Shown: positions 36,917-45,884, numbered from the stretch's first letter. The stretch is DNA of 50,833 bases from Chloroflexota bacterium (GCA_020346705.1 CP070785.1:1498788-1549620); one strand, 5' to 3'. Translations and numbers: made by a program. The notes: generated by a model from the sequence alone, not told the origin.

Positions 36917-38185
36917 ATGGATGAAATTGCAATTCGGGTAGAAAATTTAAGTAAGCAGTACCGCATTGGATTAACGCCAATGCGGTACCGAACGCTACGA
37001 GAAACGATTTCTGAGTCGTTCACACGGAATGGGCGAGCGAGCAGGGCTGCAAGCAAAGAGGAAGAGGGGAAAATTTGGGCTTTGCGTGATATTTCTTTTG
37101 AAGTTCACAAAGGTCAGGTTCTGGGGATTATCGGGCGTAATGGCGCAGGAAAAAGCACTTTGCTCAAGATTTTATCCCGCATCACTGAACCAACTGAAGG
37201 TTATGCTGAAATAAGAGGCAGAGTAGGATCTTTACTTGAAGTTGGGACCGGATTTCACCCTGAATTATCCGGGCGAGAGAATATTTATCTCAATGGCGCC
37301 ATCCTTGGTATGAAGCGCGAGGAGATTGATCAAAAATTCGATGAGATCGTCGCCTTTTCAGAAGTAGAAAAATTCATCGATACTCCTGTAAAACGATTTT
37401 CCAGTGGCATGTACCTGCGATTGGCATTTGCGGTCGCAGCCCATTTAGAACCTCAAATTCTGGTTGTGGATGAAGTTCTCGCAGTAGGGGATGCTGAGTT
37501 TCAACGAAAATGCTTAGGAAAAATGAACGATGTGGCAAAAGAGGGACGAACCGTCCTTTTTGTCAGCCATAATATGTCCGCGATCCTGCGATTGACCGAC
37601 GAGACGATCCTTCTCGACGAGGGACGAATCGTCTTGCGTGCGCCGACGCCTCAAGCCGTGGATCACTATATGGCTTCTGGGTTTTCACAATCTGGAGAAC
37701 GCACCTGGTCTATTGATGAGATACCATCGGAATCAGCTCCATTTCGACCGATTGCATTACGAGTCAGCGACAATGACCAGCGCCGTTACGATCGGGTTCG
37801 CTCTACAAATCCGATAACAATTGAAGTGGAATACGCTATAGACGCGCCCATCAAGGGTTTGAGAGTCGGCGTGTACATGCAGACGACGCGTGGAGAATTT
37901 GTTTTTACCTCCTTTGATACTGACAACGCCCAGCAGTTCGAGAATTACAGCGTGCGACCAGAAGGACATTACATCAGCAGATGTACCTTACCTCCAGATT
38001 TCTTGAACGAAGGTCAATATGTGCTTGGAATCAATGCCAGCTCTTACCGGGTGAAACGATATTTTCAAGATGAAAATGCCCTCGCCTTCTCAGTGGATGG
38101 TGCTGGTGCTCCTGGGAAACAATGGCCGGAAAGAAGGCTTGGACCAGTGCGGCCTCGCCTGGAATGGGATATAGACGTAAGATGA
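36917..38185 (+). CDS. wzt: Polysaccharide ABC exporter ATP-binding protein with a C-terminal Wzt-type carbohydrate-binding domain
   Basis: It has Walker A GIIGRNGAGKSTLLK, signature FSSGMYLRLAFA and Walker B ILVVDEVL. A roughly 170-aa beta-rich C-terminal extension follows (residues about 255-422, nt 37679-38185). Confidence 0.9.
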   Translation: MDEIAIRVENLSKQYRIGLTPMRYRTLRETISESFTRNGRASRAASKEEEGKIWALRDISFEVHKGQVLGIIGRNGAGKSTLLKILSRITEPTEGYAEIRGRVGSLLEVGTGFHPELSGRENIYLNGAILGMKREEIDQKFDEIVAFSEVEKFIDTPVKRFSSGMYLRLAFAVAAHLEPQILVVDEVLAVGDAEFQRKCLGKMNDVAKEGRTVLFVSHNMSAILRLTDETILLDEGRIVLRAPTPQAVDHYMASGFSQSGERTWSIDEIPSESAPFRPIALRVSDNDQRRYDRVRSTNPITIEVEYAIDAPIKGLRVGVYMQTTRGEFVFTSFDTDNAQQFENYSVRPEGHYISRCTLPPDFLNEGQYVLGINASSYRVKRYFQDENALAFSVDGAGAPGKQWPERRLGPVRPRLEWDIDVR

Positions 38186-39777
38186 AATCAAAAGCAGCCG
38201 CTAAAAAAATTCTGGGTGAAGTGCCATTTTCTGCTGATATTTATTGGTTGATGCGGCAGTCAGAGGAACCCCCAACAAAGAATTATTATCTGAACAAGCT
38301 TGATAATGCGCTTCCAGGATGGGTCGATCAAGTGGCGAAATCCAGGGCTCAGATAAATGGTGAAGGTAAGAAAATTTTGATTTTCGCGGCGCTCCATTAT
38401 TGGATTTCTCATATTACCCTGGTTGGTGCTACCTTGTCCGGATTGGGTCACGAAGTTAATTTGATGTACCTGCCATACGCCCGGTGGGAAGAGCCCATCA
38501 ATCGCTTTGATCTGCGCCAGCAAAACTTATATACCAAAAGCGTTCTTCGCAAAGCTGACACAATCCTGAAACCGGTCTCATTATTGGATGTGAAAACATA
38601 CAACGATCAGCTACCTGATCAATTGATAGAGGTGGTTGAAAAAATCTCGCTGCGCGACACTCAATATACGGAACAGCTAGAAAAAGTTGACCAGGATAGT
38701 GCGCTCTATCGACTCAGGCTGGAACGTAATCAAGAAGCAGCCCAAAAAGCCCTCCATTGGATGCGGGAGAAAACACCTGAGGTGGTCGTGATCCCCAACG
38801 GAAGCATTCTCGAAATGGGAATCGTGTATGAAGTAGCGAAATATCTGGATCTGCCGAGGATAACTTATGAATTCGGTGAACAGCGCAACCGAATCTGGTT
38901 AGCCCTCGATAAAGAAGTTATGCGACAAGAAACGGACCATTTATGGGTTTCATTCAAGGATCGTTCAGTGCCCAGCGGAGAGATAGAGAAAGTTCGGGAT
39001 TTGTTCGATTCTCGACAAAAAGCTGATTTGTGGAAGAATTTTTCCAGGCAATGGCAAATTGCTCCCACTCAGGGTGGAAGTATGGTTCGTCAACAGCTTG
39101 GTTTGGATGAGCGACCTGTTGTAGTTCTTGCGGCGAATGTCATCGGAGACAGCCTCACTCTCGGTAGGGCATTGTTCAGCGGCAGCATGACTGAATGGCT
39201 TGAGCGGACGGTGAAATTCTTTGCAGAGAGATCAGATCTTCAGCTAGTTGTGCGCATTCATCCTGGTGAACGATACACGAAGGGACCTTCCGTTGCCGAC
39301 ACAGTAAATCACGCATTAAAATCTGTCCCTGAGAACATCCATTTGATCGCGGCTGACGACCAGACCAATACTTATGATCTGCTTGAAATTGCCGATATAG
39401 GATTGGTATACACAACTACAGTTGGTTTAGAAATGGCTATGAGTGGTGTGCCCGTTCTTGTGGTCGGTCAGACACATTACCGGGGGAAGGGATTTTCTTT
39501 TGATCCGAATTCGTGGGAAGAGTATTTCTCTTTATTGACTTCTTTTTCACAAGATCAAGAATCCTTTAAATTGACTTCAGACCAGGTAAAACTCGCCTGG
39601 CATTATGCTTATGTCTTTTTCTTTGAGTATCCGGCGCCATTTCCATGGCCAATGCCGAAATTCTGGAAGGAATTGGAAGAATGGCCTATTGAACGGGTAC
39701 TGTCCCCTGAGGGGATGGCTGAATATGGTGATACCTTCAGATACCTGGTTGGAGAACCACGCAGCTGGGCAAACTAA
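38182..39777 (+). CDS. GT-B-like glycosyltransferase resembling the capsule-synthesis (KpsC/KpsS, beta-Kdo transferase-type) family; carries an HP motif
   Basis: 531 aa from ATG 38182, whose ATGA overlaps the wzt stop. The C-terminal half reads VVVLAANVIGDS...LVVRIHPGE...LLEIADIGLVYTTTVGLEMAMSGVPVLVVG. HP is at nt 39259-39264. The family assignment is from memory. Confidence 0.45.
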   Translation: MKSKAAAKKILGEVPFSADIYWLMRQSEEPPTKNYYLNKLDNALPGWVDQVAKSRAQINGEGKKILIFAALHYWISHITLVGATLSGLGHEVNLMYLPYARWEEPINRFDLRQQNLYTKSVLRKADTILKPVSLLDVKTYNDQLPDQLIEVVEKISLRDTQYTEQLEKVDQDSALYRLRLERNQEAAQKALHWMREKTPEVVVIPNGSILEMGIVYEVAKYLDLPRITYEFGEQRNRIWLALDKEVMRQETDHLWVSFKDRSVPSGEIEKVRDLFDSRQKADLWKNFSRQWQIAPTQGGSMVRQQLGLDERPVVVLAANVIGDSLTLGRALFSGSMTEWLERTVKFFAERSDLQLVVRIHPGERYTKGPSVADTVNHALKSVPENIHLIAADDQTNTYDLLEIADIGLVYTTTVGLEMAMSGVPVLVVGQTHYRGKGFSFDPNSWEEYFSLLTSFSQDQESFKLTSDQVKLAWHYAYVFFFEYPAPFPWPMPKFWKELEEWPIERVLSPEGMAEYGDTFRYLVGEPRSWAN

Positions 39778-39859
39778 TGAAGGTGGTTTTTGAGCTGTCT
39801 TATGAGTAATCAACGGTTAAGAAACATAACCGGATTATCAGGAAGTAATTGGGTTTCAA

Positions 39860-40885
39860 ATGAACCAGAAAGATAAGCTTCGCGATCATCCCATCTTTAT
39901 TTGTGGTCACCCTAAATCAGGAACTACATTACTGGTTTCTCTATTGGATTCTCACCCACAATTGATCGTTTACCCGAATGAGACCTTCTTCTTTCGGGGA
40001 TTTGTTCCAGAGATGAGAAAACGCGATCTAGATGAAAAAATCTCGCTGGCTCAACGGTATCTCCTTCATTTTTTTGAACGGGGATTAATCGATCCAGATA
40101 ATCAAGATGCTGAGGAGCAATCACAGAACCAGTTTTTCATGGATTATGCCCAGACATGTCAAGAAATGATCCATGAAGTTGACAAGAATGGCATACGACA
40201 TGATGGCGATTTGCTCAGTGCGGCGATTGTTGCTTACGGACGGGTGTATGGAAGGATATCCGCGGACACGGAATACTGGATCGAGAAAACACCGTATAAC
40301 GAGCATTTTGCTGAGCTGATTTTCTCCTGGTGGCCGGATGCGCGCTGCATCCATATTGTGCGTGACCCGCGAGATAATTACCTGACATACCAACGAAAAC
40401 ATCAAGGGTTGTCAGCGGAAGATTTTTCTATTGGTTGGAATTCAAGTTTACAGACCGGATACCAAAATGAGAAGCAATTCGGCAAGGATCACTACCTGCT
40501 TTTGAGGTACGAGGATTTGACGATTGAGCCTGAAAAAACATTGCAGGAACTGATCGGCTTCCTCGAAATTGTTGATGATGAAGTCTTACGCATCCCAACA
40601 AGTGATGGAATTCCCTGGGAAGGAAATTCTCAGTTCGGTGATAAGTTTCAAGGTATCAGCAGCAAACCCGTTGGCCGCTGGAAACAGGAACTTGATGATC
40701 GCAATGTAAATATTATCGAATCGATTTGTGCGGATAATATGCGCAAGGAAAATTATGAGGTTGAAAATAAATCTAGGTTGAATTCGATATACCTCCTTTG
40801 GAGCTGGAGGCTCAAACAGATACCCGCTTTACGAGGTGATATCTCTAGAATGATGAAACAAAGATTCGGAATGCTGCCGCACTAA
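39860..40885 (+). CDS. PAPS-dependent sulfotransferase family protein
   Basis: It has the 5'-phosphosulfate-binding loop ICGHPKSGTTLL (nt 39911-39928) and the 3'-phosphate-binding motif IHIVRDPRDNYLT. Confidence 0.85.
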   Translation: MNQKDKLRDHPIFICGHPKSGTTLLVSLLDSHPQLIVYPNETFFFRGFVPEMRKRDLDEKISLAQRYLLHFFERGLIDPDNQDAEEQSQNQFFMDYAQTCQEMIHEVDKNGIRHDGDLLSAAIVAYGRVYGRISADTEYWIEKTPYNEHFAELIFSWWPDARCIHIVRDPRDNYLTYQRKHQGLSAEDFSIGWNSSLQTGYQNEKQFGKDHYLLLRYEDLTIEPEKTLQELIGFLEIVDDEVLRIPTSDGIPWEGNSQFGDKFQGISSKPVGRWKQELDDRNVNIIESICADNMRKENYEVENKSRLNSIYLLWSWRLKQIPALRGDISRMMKQRFGMLPH

Positions 40886-40983
40886 ATACGTCCAATGGGA
40901 CAGATACAGCGTTGAATAGATTATGGAAAGATCCTCAATTTATATAGATTTCCACAAGCTGTTTTCGAGGATCAGAAATTGAG

Positions 40984-41826
40984 ATGAAAAACAAGAAATC
41001 GGTTGGTTATCTAAAGAGACGGAGCACCTTATGGGCCTCGAGGCAGTATCGTAAATTGACTGCCCATGACCGGGTGCTTCCCAGTTTTATTATTATCGGC
41101 GTCCAAAAAGGTGGAACCTCGTCTTTATTCAATTATTTGTTGCAACACCCGAACATCCTTCCTGGATACAAGAAGGAGGTTAAATTCTTCGATGGAAATT
41201 ATCATAAGGGTCTTGACTGGTATCGTTACAACTTCCCTTTAAAGACTCAGATGAGTGATTCGATGGCTCGGACGGGTGAAGCAAGCCCGAGTTATGTCTT
41301 CCACCCGCTTGTACCCGAGAGGATTAAGGAAGCACTGCCAAATATTAAGCTGGTCTTGCTGCTTCGAAATCCTGTTTCCAGAGCCTATTCCCACTACCAG
41401 GGAAACTTGAGGAAAGGACAGGAGGAACTCACTTTTGAAGAGGCCATCGAACGAGAGGAAAGCAGACTACATGGAGAGAGAGAGGCAATTATTGCTGATC
41501 AACACTATCCAATGTACAGGTACCTGGTATATTCATATCTTTCTAGAGGTGTGTATATCGACCAAATCAAGAATTGGTTGAAATCCTTTCCTCGCGAGCA
41601 AATTCTTATTCAAAAGAGCGAGGATTTATTCAGCAACCCACAAAATGTATATTCACGCGTATTGGATCACTTAGGACTTCCAGATTTCCAGCTTGAAAAT
41701 TTCAAGATTATCAATTTGGGTCGGTATGAGGAAATGGATTCAAGAACTGAGAACAAGTTGAAGGAATATTTCACTTCATATAACTACGAGTTATATGAAT
41801 TTCTAGGAACGAATTTTGGATGGTAG
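40984..41826 (+). CDS. PAPS-dependent sulfotransferase (Sulfotransfer_1-like, carbohydrate sulfotransferase-type)
   Basis: It has the 5'-PSB loop IIIGVQKGGTSSL (nt 41104-41121) and the 3'-PB motif VLLLRNPVSRAYSHY. Confidence 0.85.
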   Translation: MKNKKSVGYLKRRSTLWASRQYRKLTAHDRVLPSFIIIGVQKGGTSSLFNYLLQHPNILPGYKKEVKFFDGNYHKGLDWYRYNFPLKTQMSDSMARTGEASPSYVFHPLVPERIKEALPNIKLVLLLRNPVSRAYSHYQGNLRKGQEELTFEEAIEREESRLHGEREAIIADQHYPMYRYLVYSYLSRGVYIDQIKNWLKSFPREQILIQKSEDLFSNPQNVYSRVLDHLGLPDFQLENFKIINLGRYEEMDSRTENKLKEYFTSYNYELYEFLGTNFGW

Positions 41827-41832
41827 GTTGTA

Positions 41833-42747
41833 TTGATTTTGATGAATCATAGTAATTCGATTATGAAAAACAGCTCTGAGCTGAAAATTAAACAAGACGT
41901 ACGCAAGTTCTATGACGACATTGGTTGGAAGGAAATTGGTGACGGTGTTTATCAAAATGCGCGCTATGAAGATTTGCGTCCCGTCTCTTGGGAATATATT
42001 CATAATTGTCACTTGCGAGTTTGCAGACATTTGAATCAAGAAGGTCGATATTTTCTTGATGCTGGCTCAGGTCCCATCCAATATCCCGAGTATCTAGAAT
42101 ATTCGCAAGGCTACCAGGCAAGAGTATGTGCAGACATTTCAATCGTTGCCCTTGCGGAAGCGCGACAACGGATAGGAGATCGAAGTTCTGGCGGCAACGG
42201 TCTTTTCGTTGTAGCAGATATCGCCAACCTGCCTTTTCGGAGAGATGCGTTTGACGGGGTTGTCTCGTTGCACACCATCCATCATCTACCTATTGAAGAA
42301 CACAAACAGGCTTATCAAGAGGTGTACCGGGTACTGGCGCCGTCGAAATCAGCAGTGGTTGTCAATGGCTGGCAAGATTCTTCATTAATGCGTTTTTTCG
42401 TCCTACCAATTAAATGGAAGAATCGCGCCAGGAAATGGATCAGGAGAAGCGTTAATAATTTTCGTCGTGGACGATCTAACACTTCTAATGGGAGCCGAAA
42501 ACAGAAAGGCAAAGGAACATTTGTTAGCAAACATGATGTTGAGTGGCTCAAAAGGGAAGTTGGATCTCTGATGAATCTTGAAATTCTCGTCTGGAGAAGC
42601 GTGAGTGTTCGTTTTCTACGAGGATATATCTTTCCCGACCTGGGCGGTAAGTGGCTGCTCCGCAAATTGTATGGTTTGGAGGAACGCTTCCCGCATTTTT
42701 TTGGTGAACACGGACAGTACCCATTGATCGTGATTAAGAAGGATTAA
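41833..42747 (+). CDS. Class I SAM-dependent methyltransferase with a Lys/Arg-rich insertion
   Basis: It has motif I FLDAGSGP and the downstream segments VVADIANLPF and VSLHTIHHL. A basic insert KWKNRARKWIRRSVNNFRRGRSNTSNGSRKQKGKG lies at nt 42412-42516. Confidence 0.7.
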   Translation: MILMNHSNSIMKNSSELKIKQDVRKFYDDIGWKEIGDGVYQNARYEDLRPVSWEYIHNCHLRVCRHLNQEGRYFLDAGSGPIQYPEYLEYSQGYQARVCADISIVALAEARQRIGDRSSGGNGLFVVADIANLPFRRDAFDGVVSLHTIHHLPIEEHKQAYQEVYRVLAPSKSAVVVNGWQDSSLMRFFVLPIKWKNRARKWIRRSVNNFRRGRSNTSNGSRKQKGKGTFVSKHDVEWLKREVGSLMNLEILVWRSVSVRFLRGYIFPDLGGKWLLRKLYGLEERFPHFFGEHGQYPLIVIKKD

Positions 42748-42752
42748 TTGGT

Positions 42753-43778
42753 GTGGATATGAATTCTGGTATGGATTGGAAAAATCAAGTCGTGCTCGTG
42801 ACCGGTGGAACGGGTTCCTTCGGAAAAAAATTCATCGAGGCAATGTTAAAGGATTATCACCCTCAAAAGATAATTGTCTTCAGCCGCGATGAATTGAAAC
42901 AGCACGAGATGAGAATCAGCGGATTTGACCACGTGGATCTGCGCTATTTCATCGGTGATGTTCGCGATTTGAACAGGTTGCGCAGGGCGATGCAGGGTGT
43001 TGATATTGTCGTTCATACCGCGGCATTAAAACAGGTGCCGGCCTGCGAATACAATCCTATGGAAGCGATCAAGACCAATGTGTTAGGGAGCAGCAACGTC
43101 ATTGAGGCTGCATTGGATACAGGTGTGAAGAAAGTAATGGCGCTGAGTACCGATAAAGCAGTCAACCCGATCAACCTGTATGGCGCCACGAAGCTGGCGG
43201 CAGAAAAGCTTTTCGTGCAAAGCAATGCTTATGCTGGTGGAACCGCAACTCGATACAGCAGTGTTCGCTATGGAAATGTAGTCGGTAGTCGGGGAAGCGT
43301 CATACCTGTATTCCTGAAGCAAAAGAACAAAGATAAACTCACAATTACTGATGAGCGGATGACCCGCTTCTGGATCACTTTGGAAGAAGGGATAAGATTT
43401 GTGATCCGCTGCATTGAACAAATGCAAGGCGGTGAGGTGTTCGTACCAAAAATCCCCAGCATGAAGGTGGTTGATGTCGCCAGGGTGATTGCGCCTGATG
43501 CAGAATTGAAATCGATCGGCATCAGGCCTGGAGAAAAGCTGCATGAAGTGTTGATCCACGAGGATGAAGCGAGGCTGACGCTCGAATTGGAGGATATGTT
43601 CGTTGTCCAGCCTTCTGAAGCCCTGTGGTTTGGACACGAATGGCAAGAAATAGGGAAAACTCTCCCAGATGGATATCGATATGCCAGTGATAATAATACC
43701 GATTGGCTAACGATCGAACAACTTCGGGATATTGTTTCCACGGTTGAAGCTGAACAAGATCTAAGTTCTGGCTTTTAA
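42753..43778 (+). CDS. UDP-N-acetylglucosamine 4,6-dehydratase, PseB/FlaA1/CapD-like
   Basis: It has VLVTGGTGSFGKKFIE, HTAALKQVP, STDKAVNPINLYGATKLAAEKLF and RYGNVVGSRGSV. The start could be GTG 42753 or ATG 42759. Confidence 0.85.
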   Translation: MDMNSGMDWKNQVVLVTGGTGSFGKKFIEAMLKDYHPQKIIVFSRDELKQHEMRISGFDHVDLRYFIGDVRDLNRLRRAMQGVDIVVHTAALKQVPACEYNPMEAIKTNVLGSSNVIEAALDTGVKKVMALSTDKAVNPINLYGATKLAAEKLFVQSNAYAGGTATRYSSVRYGNVVGSRGSVIPVFLKQKNKDKLTITDERMTRFWITLEEGIRFVIRCIEQMQGGEVFVPKIPSMKVVDVARVIAPDAELKSIGIRPGEKLHEVLIHEDEARLTLELEDMFVVQPSEALWFGHEWQEIGKTLPDGYRYASDNNTDWLTIEQLRDIVSTVEAEQDLSSGF

Positions 43779-43861
43779 GATGAGGCGAATGATACCTAGT
43801 TTCAATTCACCGGTACCTGAACCGCAGGTCTTTACGACCTTAACCAAGTCATGTAGTTAGG

Positions 43862-44776
43862 ATGCGGATACTGGTTACCGGAGCCAGCGGCCTGCTTGGT
43901 CTTAACACGGCTCTTGAAGCCAGCCAGCAGCACGAGGTTTTCGGTAGTGTAAACAAGAATGTAATTCAGTCAAAAACTTTCACCGTAATTCAGTCAGATT
44001 TGACAGAGCCCGGTGCTCTGGAAAAGCTGATCGATGAGAGCAAACCTGACTGGGTGATAAACTGTGCTGCGCTAGCAAACCTCGATGCCTGTGAGGCCAA
44101 TCCGGCTCTGGCTGAAAAATTGAATAGCGAATTACCTGGAAAACTGGCAAATTATGTCGCCAAGGGCGGAGCGCGCCTGGTGCATCTCTCGACCGATGCT
44201 GTTTTTGATGGCGAGCGTGGAAATTACACCGAGGAGGATAAACCAAATCCGCTCAGCCTATATGCCAGGACAAAGCTGAGCGGAGAACAGGTAGTATTGG
44301 CTTCCAATCCGGAGGCGATAGTTGCCCGGGTCAACTTATTTGGATGGAGTTTGAGTGGGAAGAGAAGCCTGGCAGAGTGGTTCGTGAACAATCTATCCGC
44401 TGGTAACAAGATCATGGGCTTCACGGACGTTTATTTCTGTCCATTACTCGTCAACCACCTGGCCACTTTATTATTGAGGATGCTGGAGCTTGAATTGCAT
44501 GGGCTTTATCACGTTGTCTCAAGCGAATGCGCAAACAAGTTCGATTTCGGTGTGAGGCTGGCAAGGTTATTCGGTTTTGATGAATCTTTGATCGAGCCAG
44601 CTTCGGTATCTGAGTCTGGTTTGAGTGCAGCCAGATCACCGATGCTGACTTTGAAAGCTGACAAGCTTATTCGAGAGTTGGGAGAACCAACTCCCGGGTT
44701 AACAGAAGGGCTGGCAGGTTTTTACTCGCAATATCGTGATGGGTATCCAGAATTCATACAGGGGATGAAAGTCTGA
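43862..44776 (+). CDS. SDR, dTDP-4-dehydrorhamnose reductase (RmlD)-like sugar-nucleotide 4-reductase
   Basis: It has RILVTGASGLLG, INCAAL and HLSTDAVFDG followed by YARTKLSGE. At 304 aa it is RmlD-sized. Confidence 0.7.
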   Translation: MRILVTGASGLLGLNTALEASQQHEVFGSVNKNVIQSKTFTVIQSDLTEPGALEKLIDESKPDWVINCAALANLDACEANPALAEKLNSELPGKLANYVAKGGARLVHLSTDAVFDGERGNYTEEDKPNPLSLYARTKLSGEQVVLASNPEAIVARVNLFGWSLSGKRSLAEWFVNNLSAGNKIMGFTDVYFCPLLVNHLATLLLRMLELELHGLYHVVSSECANKFDFGVRLARLFGFDESLIEPASVSESGLSAARSPMLTLKADKLIRELGEPTPGLTEGLAGFYSQYRDGYPEFIQGMKV

Positions 44777-44798
44777 TTTGAGAGATCAGGAGGCGGTT

Positions 44799-45866
44799 AT
44801 GGAAATTAAGATTGGCTCCAACGTAATCGGTGAAAACCACCCGACATATTTCATTGCAGACATCTCCGCCAATCATGATGGTGATCTGGAACGAGCCAAA
44901 TTATTGATCCGGTTAGCAGCTGAATCAGGCGCCGATGCAGCGAAATTTCAAAATTTCCGGGCTCCTGAGATCGTCTCCGATTTCGGTTTTCGCTCAATGC
45001 AGGATCAAGTTTCACACCAGGCGACCTGGATGAAAAGTGTCTTCGAGGTATACCAGGATGCTTCAATCCCCTTTGAATGGACACCCATTCTCAAAGAGGA
45101 ATGTGACCAGGCAGGAATAGATTATTTCTCATCGCCTTATGATTTTGAAGCAATTGATATGCTTGACCAATATGTGCCGGCTTACAAAATCGGATCGGGT
45201 GAAATTACCTGGTTGGAAGCATTAGAACGGATGGCGAATTTGGGGAAGCCGGTGATCCTGGCAACTGGCGCTTCGGACATCGGGGATGTTCAGAGGGCTG
45301 TACATACAATTTTGAGAATCAATCCCCAGCTGGTACTGATGCAGTGCAATACGAACTACACAGCCAGCGATGAAAACTTCGATCATATACATTTGCGAGT
45401 CTTAGAGACCTTCCGGGTGATGTTTCCAGATGTAATCCTTGGATTATCGGACCATACATTTGGGCCAACAACTGTGTTAGGCGCAGTCGCACTCGGGGCG
45501 CGAGTGATTGAAAAACATTTTACAGATGATAACGACCGGGTTGGACCCGATCATCCCTTCTCCATGACCCCAACAACCTGGCGAGACATGGTTGACCGGA
45601 CGCGAGAAATGGAACGCGCGCTGGGTTCGGCTGATAAGCGGGTTGGGGAGAATGAACAAGAAACGGTCGTCATTCAACGCCGCTGCTTGCGAGCAGCCAG
45701 GGATATCGCCAAAGGTGAGATTCTTTCAAGGAAGATGATCGCCGTGCTCCGACCGGCGACAAAGGGGGCTATCTACCCTTATGAGATCAGCCAGGTAATT
45801 GGTGCGAAGGCGATCACGGATATCACTGCCGGGCAAGAGCTGCGCTGGACGGATTTAGGCGAATAA
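44799..45866 (+). CDS. NeuB-family nonulosonic acid synthase (PseI-like) with a C-terminal SAF domain
   Basis: It has YFIADISANHDGDLERAKLLI and KIGSGEITWLEALE. The C-terminal SAF-like region reads RRCLRAARDIAKGEIL...ITAGQELRWTDL. AGGAGG lies 5 nt upstream of ATG 44799. Confidence 0.85.
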   Translation: MEIKIGSNVIGENHPTYFIADISANHDGDLERAKLLIRLAAESGADAAKFQNFRAPEIVSDFGFRSMQDQVSHQATWMKSVFEVYQDASIPFEWTPILKEECDQAGIDYFSSPYDFEAIDMLDQYVPAYKIGSGEITWLEALERMANLGKPVILATGASDIGDVQRAVHTILRINPQLVLMQCNTNYTASDENFDHIHLRVLETFRVMFPDVILGLSDHTFGPTTVLGAVALGARVIEKHFTDDNDRVGPDHPFSMTPTTWRDMVDRTREMERALGSADKRVGENEQETVVIQRRCLRAARDIAKGEILSRKMIAVLRPATKGAIYPYEISQVIGAKAITDITAGQELRWTDLGE

Positions 45867-45884
45867 CCTGCCAACAAAATTCCT

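Noticed and set aside
43083-43741. Two overlapping minus-strand ORFs (187 and 157 aa) opposite the PseB-like gene.
   Set aside because: The plus-strand frame carries unambiguous SDR/PseB motifs. The antisense translations have no domain-like features. These are typical shadow ORFs.
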